In this document: positions 1-6,570 of the stretch, one piece after another
Layout: every line of letters starts with the position of its first letter
Position numbering within the stretch: the stretch's first letter is position 1
Assembly (NCBI RefSeq): GCF_000341395.1
Contig: NC_020304.1
Location: forward strand, 780,001-812,000
Source of the DNA: Desulfocapsa sulfexigens DSM 10523
GTDB lineage: Bacteria; Desulfobacterota; Desulfobulbia; Desulfobulbales; Desulfocapsaceae
Reading direction: 5' to 3'
DNA: 32,000 nucleotides
Notes under the pieces: generated by a model
What the model saw: the letters and a program-made list of their open reading frames with translations, nothing else
The model's database searches: none
Told to the model about the DNA's origin: nothing
Position numbers and translations under genes: made by a program

Positions 1-207
1 ATATCCACCATACACTTTAAAGCCCGTGTCGCTATCGTCACAGGTCAACAAGCCATCACAAACGTCACGGCCATAGGAAGTACCTGCGCTAATACCCATG
101 TAGAATGCATCTGTACCTTTCACCGATGGGGCTTCTTCTAATGCCACCGCAAGAGTAGATACTGATAATAGTGTTGTAGCTATGGTAATAATAGTTTTAG
201 TTTTCAT
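1..207 (-). CDS. outer-membrane beta-barrel (OmpA-like/porin family) protein; only the N-terminal 69 codons are here and the gene runs off the window edge
   Basis: Absent from the ORF track because there is no stop in the window. ATG at 207-205 is preceded by GGAGAAGGAGAA. Translation: MKTKTIITIATTLLSVSTLAVALEEAPSVKGTDAFYMGISAGTSYGRDVCDGLLTCDDSDTGFKVYGGY. This gives a signal peptide followed by beta-strand-like alternation and a C..C-D-DTGFK-x-GGY pattern that I recall from OMP beta-barrel family proteins. Confidence 0.5.
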   Translation of the reverse strand, partial: MKTKTIITIATTLLSVSTLAVALEEAPSVKGTDAFYMGISAGTSYGRDVCDGLLTCDDSDTGFKVYGGY

Positions 208-919
208 TCTTCTCCTTCTCCTGGTTATCTTCCAACTGGGTCACTGAACCCTGTGTCTCTGATTTCAGTTGAGCCCCTTCAATTTCTACAATGACAATAT
301 CTAAACCTTCACCATACTTATTATTAATTACTCTGGCAATTCCATCAGCATCATACGATACATCCATTGAAACCGTGCCAACATTCTCATTAAAGCTCTC
401 TGAGTACTTGGGACTGGACACTAGGCCCGAAAGAGGGCCAAGCAACACTGCAGCCGTTGCTGGATCCATTCCAGATGATTCGTCCCCCATTATCTCTTGT
501 CCTATATTCCAATTGACTACAATGTCACCAAGATAGTTCGTCTTCTTAGGGTGAACATTGAAGGCATAGCTTAACGCAAGGTTCTGAAGCGGTAGTGTGG
601 GGTAACCCTCATAATAATTGATACCCGTTAGAACTTGCCTACCCTGATCGAAGTCAAATGCAAACAAACGCCCCGGTAATGTCTTAATGGGAGTACCAAC
701 AGAACTTTCATTAAAGAATAGTGCACATTGGTTTGTAACGTCTTTACCATTGATTTGAACACTGATTGTCCCTGCCACTAGACCCTGTTGGTCATTCAGG
801 GCAGACAGGGACTCAACATTACCCTTCGCACCACACCCACCTAAAGTCAGTGACACCAACAATGTCAATATCACAGACAGAATCGGATATGTTAATTGTC
901 TACGACGTACCATAATCAT
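197..919 (-). CDS. hypothetical lipoprotein (240 aa), no family recognised
   Basis: Signal peptide with lipobox (LTLGG-C-G). Purine-rich RBS (AAGAGAG) upstream. Tightly packed between two other envelope genes on the same strand. Confidence 0.7.
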   Translation of the reverse strand: MIMVRRRQLTYPILSVILTLLVSLTLGGCGAKGNVESLSALNDQQGLVAGTISVQINGKDVTNQCALFFNESSVGTPIKTLPGRLFAFDFDQGRQVLTGINYYEGYPTLPLQNLALSYAFNVHPKKTNYLGDIVVNWNIGQEIMGDESSGMDPATAAVLLGPLSGLVSSPKYSESFNENVGTVSMDVSYDADGIARVINNKYGEGLDIVIVEIEGAQLKSETQGSVTQLEDNQEKEKNEN

Positions 920-946
920 CTCTCTTGTATTCAGTTTATCTTTGTA

Positions 947-1309
947 TCAATCATACCGTACTGGTTGTGGAGGCAAGTCAGATGTATCGCAATCAATCTC
1001 CTTGGCAAGAGCAAGTAACCTGATATTCCGATCTAATAGTGCATTCCCCTCAATCCCATCTGCATTTTTAAAGTCCGCCAATCCAGGCCAAACTAAAGCA
1101 CCCACGATAACATCCTGAACATCATCACCATTATTCTTATCAATCTTAGCTGTAGCGACTTCTGTGTTTGACTTATACGCAACTGTTATCTCTTGGCAGA
1201 CGAGATTAAGATCATTCGCTTGCTTCATCATTACGGGGTTAGGATCTCTAGTGTTAGCGCATCCTGTAAATAGAAATAACAAGAGAACAACACCAATAAA
1301 GTTCTTCAT
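947..1309 (-). CDS. hypothetical small lipoprotein (120 aa)
   Basis: N-terminus MKNFIGVVLLLFLFTG-C-ANT is a classic lipobox. RBS AAAGGAGA lies upstream of the ATG. First gene of a three-gene envelope operon. Confidence 0.7.
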   Translation of the reverse strand: MKNFIGVVLLLFLFTGCANTRDPNPVMMKQANDLNLVCQEITVAYKSNTEVATAKIDKNNGDDVQDVIVGALVWPGLADFKNADGIEGNALLDRNIRLLALAKEIDCDTSDLPPQPVRYD

Positions 1310-1418
1310 TTTACAATCTCCTTTCAGTGAAACATCTTGACCTTCCCATACTATATTGAGACACTTGCTTGCCGCAATGTCACATAAGTACCAACGCTTC
1401 TACTTTGCATGCCTGAGC

Positions 1419-1452
1419 GTGTCAACACCAAACATATGTTCAGTATTGACAC
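1419..1452. promoter_or_regulatory. 34-nt near-perfect palindrome (candidate operator) overlapping a minus-strand TTGACA -35 box upstream of the lipoprotein operon
   Basis: Sequence is GTGTCAACACCAAACATATGTTCAGTATTGACAC, with 14 of 17 positions self-complementary and a perfect AACATATGTT core. On the minus strand, TTGACA (1425-1420) is followed by a 17-nt spacer and TAGAAG. The site lies 110-143 nt upstream of the ATG at 1309. Confidence 0.3.
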
Positions 1453-1853
1453 TCGTTCCCACTTGCGCCCAGAGATACCGATACCACAGACTTTATAAAT
1501 AAATATAGCTACATATTTAATTCCTAAAATTATCTTGGATACCATTCCGCCCACCATCTGAGATACTCTTCATTGCTATCAAAGCTCAAGGCAACAATTA
1601 GCTTCTTATCCTTAACTATAGGTCTTGCTTATCCACACATGAGCACTCTGAGGTAGATTCCAGCTTCTTACCACCAGTTGACTTTATATATTATTCATAA
1701 GGAAGAGAGTGACTACCCTCCACTGGCGGGGGAGCCCAAAGCTAGAGCGACGACCTCCTACCCCTTCAGATTACTCCCCCCACCCTTGTCTTAAATTCGA
1801 GAGATTAAGGTAAAGAGTTAAGGAACCTAATCATAATACTAAGGAGGTTAATA

Positions 1854-2339
1854 ATGGAGATCTACGTAACTAATCTAAGTCAATACAACGCTGGGAAGCT
1901 TGTCGGGGAATGGCTGGAACTACCTTGTAGTGAGGAAGAGCTACAGGATGCTTTAAGCAGAGTTCTAGACCCTGATAAGGAATACTTTATAACGGATACA
2001 GAAGGCCTTCCCTTCACTGTTAATGAGTATGATAATATCTACAGAGTGAATGAGAAGCTAGAACAATACGTGGCTCTGGAAGCAACAGAGGCGCTCTGTG
2101 TAACCTTCTTGCTCTCGGAGGGTTACGACTGGAATTACTCAATAGAACACCATGAAGATGTGATTGTCTACGCTGAGCAGAACCTTGAGGATGTAGCTTA
2201 CTCTTTGGTTGAAGATGGGTGCTTTGGAGCTATAGGAACTTCTCTAGAGAACTATATTGATTACTCAGCAATAGCAAGAGACCTTAGCTATGATGGTTAC
2301 AGAGAGAGAGAAGAAGGAGTCTTCTATTATGTTGGGTAG
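1854..2339 (+). CDS. ardA: antirestriction protein ArdA (DNA-mimic inhibitor of type I restriction-modification)
   Basis: Strong RBS AAGGAGG 7 nt upstream. The 161-aa acidic protein aligns along its length with my memory of Tn916 Orf18/ArdA: IYVTNLSQYNAGKLVGEWL vs VYIANLGKYNEGELVGAWF, LPFTVNEYD vs LPFTVDEYT, HEDVIVY vs HQEDIII, and LENYIDYSAIARDL vs LQNYIDYQAYGRDL. Confidence 0.9.
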   Translation: MEIYVTNLSQYNAGKLVGEWLELPCSEEELQDALSRVLDPDKEYFITDTEGLPFTVNEYDNIYRVNEKLEQYVALEATEALCVTFLLSEGYDWNYSIEHHEDVIVYAEQNLEDVAYSLVEDGCFGAIGTSLENYIDYSAIARDLSYDGYREREEGVFYYVG

Positions 2340-2520
2340 ATTAACAGTGCTGAGGAAGGTCTGCCGAGGCCATAGGAGCTACTTTGAATGCAGGTGTATC
2401 TGTGGTACTATTAAGGAGATACGAGCCGATAACATCCTCTCAGGCCTCACACAGAGCTGTGGGTGCTTAAGCAGGGAGAAGGCATCTGAGAGACTCAGAA
2501 GATTACATGGAGGACAATAA
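2329..2520 (+). CDS. small Cys-rich zinc-ribbon protein of phage/mobile-element type (63 aa)
   Basis: I place the start at ATG 2329, with RBS AAGAAGGAG at 2311-2319, overlapping the ardA stop. MLGRLTVLRKV..YFECRCICGTIKEIRADNILSGLTQSCGCL matches the GRLTV...C.C.CG...V....L.SG.T.SCGC N-terminal module common in phage and island ORFs. Confidence 0.6.
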   Translation: MLGRLTVLRKVCRGHRSYFECRCICGTIKEIRADNILSGLTQSCGCLSREKASERLRRLHGGQ

Positions 2521-2773
2521 GATGTGTCTTGAGTTTAATGAGGAGAACAGGGAAGAAGAAGATGATGAGATGTACGAAGTGGGAGCTTATAAGAGTTATA
2601 CGACTGTCAGGAATTCAATGAAGCCATGGGGAACTAAGAATGCCATTGTCTACAATGATGTCATGGAGGAACTCAACTATAGTGACAATGACGGACGTTT
2701 GTATACTCTCAAGTTGTTCACACACCATCCACTAGACGACAGGATAGTTTTGGGATCATCAGATCCGCTTTAA
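2507..2773 (+). CDS. hypothetical highly acidic small protein (83-88 aa)
   Basis: Third gene of the ardA operon. ATG 2507 overlaps the upstream stop. The alternative ATG 2522 has a GGAGG 8 nt upstream and is probably the true start. The N-terminus EFNEENREEEDDEMYE is strongly acidic. No family recognised. Confidence 0.5.
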   Translation: MEDNKMCLEFNEENREEEDDEMYEVGAYKSYTTVRNSMKPWGTKNAIVYNDVMEELNYSDNDGRLYTLKLFTHHPLDDRIVLGSSDPL

Positions 2774-2854
2774 AGCTACTAACAGTCTACCAGAGAAACA
2801 ACAACAGAGAGTAACTATCCGAATAATAAGAATTAATATAGGTGAACAGTAAGT

Positions 2855-2894
2855 ATTTTGAGTCCAGTGCGTCTACCAGTTTCACCACTCCGGC
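2855..2894 (-). pseudogene. tRNA-Leu(CAA) 5' fragment, truncated immediately after the anticodon loop
   Basis: The minus strand reads GCCGGAG TG GTG AAACTGGTAGA CGC A CTGGA CTCAAAA T. That gives the acceptor 5' arm, D arm, 5' anticodon stem and a loop with anticodon CAA. The following ACTTA cannot pair with CTGGA. No variable arm, T arm or acceptor 3' strand follows. Confidence 0.8.
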
Positions 2895-2915
2895 ATAAAT
2901 AGAATGGATGGGTGA

Positions 2916-2945
2916 TTAATACTGTAAATGGTTCCGAACTGTCAA
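2916..2945 (-). promoter_or_regulatory. sigma70-like promoter of the (now truncated) tRNA-Leu gene
   Basis: On the minus strand, a perfect TTGACA (2945-2940), an 18-nt spacer and TATTAA (2921-2916). The predicted start is about 12-15 nt upstream of tRNA position 1 (2894). Confidence 0.35.
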
Positions 2946-2959
2946 GAAAAATGGCGTAT

Positions 2960-3520
2960 TCAGGAAGCTTCCACGAAAATATTACGAAGAGTATACGTAT
3001 AATTAACTGCTGACCAGACACTCAAAACCACTGAGATATACAGCAGCACCATTCCAGATTCATACTGAAATGGAATGGGGAGAAGATTCAATGGAAAAAG
3101 CAGCAAACCAACACCATAATACTGAAAATTACTTTTAATTTTGCCGAGATTGTCGGCAGCCACAACTATCCCTCTGGATGCCGCAAGACCACGAATTCCC
3201 GTTATAAAAATCTCACGACCGATTATAATCAGGCAGACCCAGGCCGGTACACGACCGAGGGGAATAAGCATAATAAGAGCCGCCGTTACCAGAAGTTTAT
3301 CGGCAAGCGGATCCATAAGTTTTCCAAGAATTGATTCTGAATGATACTTTCTTGCGAGATAGCCATCGAGCCAATCAGTAAAAGCGGCGAGTGCGAAAAC
3401 TGACCAGGCAAGAAAGGCAATGAAAACAGTCTGCTCCAGTGTCATGAGAAACACCAGCAGAGGGATCATCAGAAATCGCATCCCGGTTAGAATATTTGGC
3501 CAGGTCATAAGTTGCTTCAT
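2960..3520 (-). CDS. pgsA: CDP-diacylglycerol--glycerol-3-phosphate 3-phosphatidyltransferase
   Basis: CDP-alcohol phosphatidyltransferase motif DWLDGYLARKYHSESILGKLMDPLADKL. Multi-pass membrane protein of typical length (186 aa). Confidence 0.9.
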   Translation of the reverse strand: MKQLMTWPNILTGMRFLMIPLLVFLMTLEQTVFIAFLAWSVFALAAFTDWLDGYLARKYHSESILGKLMDPLADKLLVTAALIMLIPLGRVPAWVCLIIIGREIFITGIRGLAASRGIVVAADNLGKIKSNFQYYGVGLLLFPLNLLPIPFQYESGMVLLYISVVLSVWSAVNYTYTLRNIFVEAS

Positions 3521-3542
3521 TGGATGCCTTCACACATTTCGA

Positions 3543-4217
3543 TTATTTCTCATTGAGTGCGGCAATCCTGATTCGAGACTGCTGGATATTGCCCCTATAG
3601 CCTTTATAATGGCCCATAACTTTTTGAACATAACGAACAGTTTCTGGAATTTTCGGGATTCGCTGGAGGCGTTTCACCAATGTCGGTCCGGCATTATAAG
3701 CAGCCAGACTCAGTGGTACATTACCATCAAAGAGATCTAACATATCCCTTAGATAACGGGTACCACCGTCGATGTTTTCGTGTGGATTAAATGGGTTGCG
3801 AACATTAAGCCCCCTTGCCGTCTCTGGCATCAACTGCATTAATCCCTGAGCACCTGATTTGGACAGGGCGTAGCAATCAAAATCTGATTCAGTTTTAATA
3901 ACCGCCTTTATCAGATAGGGATCAACATTATACTGACGACTGGATCGTCTGATATGATAATCATATGAAGAGGCATCATGCCTTGTCTGCCTCGGCCGAA
4001 AAACTGGCTGAAGTGACGCGGTTACGACTCCAGGCCTTCTGCTTATCCCGACCCGTTTACTTAAAGGGCGGCAGTTAACAGAACTGTTCATATTGGTATA
4101 CTGCTTTTTCCCGGCAGCATCCACACAAACATACATCTCCGCTTCCGCCTCAGACTGCAACAGAAACAGCAGAAAAAATCCTGCAAACAGAGTTAGAAGA
4201 GTAACCGTTTTTCCCAT
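3543..4217 (-). CDS. lytic transglycosylase (SLT domain) with N-terminal DUF4124-like segment
   Basis: SLT catalytic region TESDFDCYALSKSGAQGLMQLMPETA...AAYNAGP. The start is probably MGKTVTLLTLF (ATG 4217) rather than 4259, which would overlap the upstream gene by 22 nt. Confidence 0.85.
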   Translation of the reverse strand: MGKTVTLLTLFAGFFLLFLLQSEAEAEMYVCVDAAGKKQYTNMNSSVNCRPLSKRVGISRRPGVVTASLQPVFRPRQTRHDASSYDYHIRRSSRQYNVDPYLIKAVIKTESDFDCYALSKSGAQGLMQLMPETARGLNVRNPFNPHENIDGGTRYLRDMLDLFDGNVPLSLAAYNAGPTLVKRLQRIPKIPETVRYVQKVMGHYKGYRGNIQQSRIRIAALNEK

Positions 4218-4237
4218 ATGATTTTTTCCTGCTACTT

Positions 4238-4882
4238 CTATTTCTTTCTGTTTTCCCAATCAGATAAAAACTGTTCAATCCCTATGTCGGTGAGCGGATG
4301 CTTAGCAAGCTGTTCTATCACTTTCAACGGAATAGTCGCAATATCAGCTCCGATGGCGGCAGATTCCATAACGTGCTGCGGACTACGAACGCTTGCCACT
4401 ATCACCTCTGTCTGAAATCCATAAATACGGAAAATCGACATAATTTCACTTACCAGATCCATTCCCGGAGTACCTATATCATCCAGACGGCCAACAAAGG
4501 GAGAGACATAGGTTGCCCCGGCTTTTGCAGCAAGCAGCGCCTGGGCAGCTGAGAATATCAGAGTGACATTGGTTTTAATACCAAGAGCAGTGAGTTGCTT
4601 AACAGCCTTAATGCCCTCCATGATCATGGGAATTTTAATCACAATATTATCACTCATGGCAGCAAGTACTTTTGCCTCCTCAATCATCCCCTCTGCTTCA
4701 AGACTCACAACTTCAGCACTGATGGGACCATCAACAACGGCCACGATGTCTCTAAGGATCTCCTCAAAAGGCTTATTCTCTTTGGCAATCAGTGATGGAT
4801 TGGTGGTCACTCCATCAACCATGCCCATGGCAATACCTTTCTTGATCTGTTCGAGATTGGCGGTATCTATAAAAAATTTCAT
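4238..4882 (-). CDS. tal: short-type transaldolase / fructose-6-phosphate aldolase family
   Basis: [15 protein letters not shown]...[14 protein letters not shown] and KIP...G...TN.TLIFS are hallmarks of the ~215-aa Tal/Fsa family. The start ATG 4882 has an AAGGAGAAAAG RBS and an ATGA overlap with the upstream gene. Confidence 0.9.
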   Translation of the reverse strand: MKFFIDTANLEQIKKGIAMGMVDGVTTNPSLIAKENKPFEEILRDIVAVVDGPISAEVVSLEAEGMIEEAKVLAAMSDNIVIKIPMIMEGIKAVKQLTALGIKTNVTLIFSAAQALLAAKAGATYVSPFVGRLDDIGTPGMDLVSEIMSIFRIYGFQTEVIVASVRSPQHVMESAAIGADIATIPLKVIEQLAKHPLTDIGIEQFLSDWENRKK

Positions 4883-5157
4883 TTCTTTTCTCCTTCTTGA
4901 CTGACAAATAAATTGCAGCACTCTTCACTGCAGAAATACAGGATTTCACCTCTTGTCTGAGAATTGAGTCGAACAGCCTGCTCCCTGGGAACCAGTTTGT
5001 GACAGACCGGATCTTCAACCAGCACATCGGCAATCGGCCCGTCATCCTGTTTGTGAATTTCTTCCTTTGTATCCCTTTTTTTCTTCCAGTCACTGGCCAG
5101 CAACCGATATCCAAGGTACAGAAGAAGGGCTATGATAATTAGTTTTATCGGACCCAT
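4879..5157 (-). CDS. membrane-anchored YHS/TRASH-type metal-binding domain protein
   Basis: N-terminal TM helix ([17 protein letters not shown]). C-terminal DPVCHKLV....[11 protein letters not shown] is the YHS/TRASH cysteine pattern. Confidence 0.7.
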   Translation of the reverse strand: MGPIKLIIIALLLYLGYRLLASDWKKKRDTKEEIHKQDDGPIADVLVEDPVCHKLVPREQAVRLNSQTRGEILYFCSEECCNLFVSQEGEKK

Positions 5158-5200
5158 GTCAATAGTATAGTATCATTTTCTCTAAAAAGTCGATGGCAAA

Positions 5201-5734
5201 TCATGCCCAGGTATCACGCTTGATGTCTTGAACGGCTACTATTCCTGCGTCCATCTGTTGCAGAAGCTTTTGATGCATCGCCACTGCTGTCAGTCCATTA
5301 GCTGGGTCAATGTGCTCCGGATCAATCTCTACAAGAGGCTCCAGCACAAAGAGTCTTTCCCCAATATGAGGATGCGGCAACACAAGCTTACTGGATGTCA
5401 GGACACACCCATCAAAGTAAAGAATATCCAGGTCAAGCAGACGATCCTCATACCCTTTCCCAACCATTTTTCTGCTACGGCCAAATTCTTTCTCCACCTG
5501 CTGCAACACCACAAGCAGAGATTCGGGGGGAAGAGTTGTCTCCAGAATCCCGACTGCATTCAGAAAAAGATTACTGCTGTCCATCCCCACGGGTTCAGTA
5601 ATATAAGGGCTGGAAAGACAGATGGAATCAAGCGCCTCCTCATTGCCCAGTCGTCGCCAGGCTTTCTGCAAGATTTGTTTACTCTCGCCAAGGTTTGAGC
5701 CAAGCGCCACCCAGACCCGACTTCTACCACTCAA
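5201..5734 (-). CDS. folK: 2-amino-4-hydroxy-6-hydroxymethyldihydropteridine diphosphokinase (HPPK)
   Basis: VWVALGSNLG..., PYITEPVG, FLNAV, RLLDLDILYFD and LPHPHIGERLFVLEPL are canonical HPPK motifs. Confidence 0.9.
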   Translation of the reverse strand: MSGRSRVWVALGSNLGESKQILQKAWRRLGNEEALDSICLSSPYITEPVGMDSSNLFLNAVGILETTLPPESLLVVLQQVEKEFGRSRKMVGKGYEDRLLDLDILYFDGCVLTSSKLVLPHPHIGERLFVLEPLVEIDPEHIDPANGLTAVAMHQKLLQQMDAGIVAVQDIKRDTWA

Positions 5735-5736
5735 GC

Positions 5737-6546
5737 CTATAGATCCTGTAATCCCAGGACATCAAACATGGTGTAAAGGCCCGGTTTCTTGTCGGCAATC
5801 CAGGCAGCAGCTTTTGCTGCGCCCTGAGCAAAATTATCACGACTGTGGGCACGATGAGTGATTTCAATCCGTTCCCCGGGGCCACAAAAATAAATAGTGT
5901 GCTCCCCAACGATATCGCCGCCGCGAACGGTCTGAACACCAATCTCTTCCACGCTGCGTTCACCAATTATGCCATTTCGTTCGTAGACTCCGACTTCAGC
6001 AAGGTTTCTCTTCACCCCGGAGGCCGCCATCTCAGCAAGTTTCAGAGCAGTACCCGAGGGTGCATCTTTTTTCTTGTTGTGATGGAGTTCCACAATCTCT
6101 ATATTGTAATCATCCCCGAGGATAGAAGCGGTTTTAGCTGCGAGTTTAAAAAGGACATTGACACCTACTGCCATATTGGGCGCCTGGACACAGGGAAAAT
6201 CAGTGGAAAGCTGTTTCAACTCTTCAAGATTCTCTGCACTGAGGCCCGTGGTACCAATAACCATGGCAGTCTTATGTGCTGCTGCTATTTTTGCAAAACC
6301 CATTGTGGCTTTGTGAAAAGTGAAGTCGATAATCACGTCACCCTTATCGATTACAGCTTCCAGTCCTTCCTCAATGGTCACACCAGCACTGCCCCAGCCA
6401 CCCATTTCACCGGGATCACGCCCTATAGCCGAACTTCCTGTTGCCTCAAATGCAGCAGCATAATGAAGTTCAGGGTGCTGCGAAACCATATATCCAATAC
6501 GCTGCCCCATTCTTCCGGCAGCGCCTGCAATAATTACATTTATCAT
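5737..6546 (-). CDS. dapB: 4-hydroxy-tetrahydrodipicolinate reductase
   Basis: N-terminal GAAGRMG dinucleotide fold, ELHHNKKKDAPSGTA motif, 269 aa. Confidence 0.95.
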   Translation of the reverse strand: MINVIIAGAAGRMGQRIGYMVSQHPELHYAAAFEATGSSAIGRDPGEMGGWGSAGVTIEEGLEAVIDKGDVIIDFTFHKATMGFAKIAAAHKTAMVIGTTGLSAENLEELKQLSTDFPCVQAPNMAVGVNVLFKLAAKTASILGDDYNIEIVELHHNKKKDAPSGTALKLAEMAASGVKRNLAEVGVYERNGIIGERSVEEIGVQTVRGGDIVGEHTIYFCGPGERIEITHRAHSRDNFAQGAAKAAAWIADKKPGLYTMFDVLGLQDL

Positions 6547-6570
6547 CTGTTTCTTCCTTAAGCTGTTTTC

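Noticed and set aside
197-919. TraT-like surface-exclusion lipoprotein (similar size, lipoprotein, mobile context)
   Set aside because: The sequence lacks the Gly/Ala-rich central segment and shows no similarity to F TraT as I remember it.
1351-1557. 68-aa minus-strand ORF in the ardA/lipoprotein spacer
   Set aside because: It has no Shine-Dalgarno sequence and no recognisable motif, and it spans the candidate promoter/operator. It is probably non-coding.
2785-2793. Second copy of the tRNA D-loop 9-mer GTCTACCAG (also at 2871-2879), possibly a second tRNA remnant or att repeat
   Set aside because: Similarity does not extend beyond the 9 nt, and no tRNA-like arms can be drawn around it. It could be chance, and I cannot compute significance here.
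2507-2894. Idea that the half tRNA is an intron-containing or split (Nanoarchaeum-like) tRNA
   Set aside because: No 3' half (TCCAG, variable arm, T arm, acceptor strand) occurs within several hundred nt downstream on the minus strand. That space is occupied by a plus-strand CDS. The sequence after the break is AT-rich, with no complementary trans-splicing leader. Truncation at an island junction is far more parsimonious.
2833-3021. 62-aa minus-strand ORF from the track
   Set aside because: It is a read-through of the tRNA-Leu fragment (the SGETGRRTGLKI segment is translated tRNA sequence) and overlaps the 3' end of pgsA. It has no RBS.
5845-6561. 238-aa plus-strand ORF. The same applies to 5228..5698, 11410..12204, 12524..12964, 13687..14214, 16038..16466, 16970..17461, 18310..18852 and 24590..25072.
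   Set aside because: All lie antisense to, or out of frame within, strongly supported conserved genes (dapB, folK, argH, argG, argF, argB, lptA, rpoN, binding protein). They have low-complexity or odd composition and no RBS. These are typical shadow ORFs.
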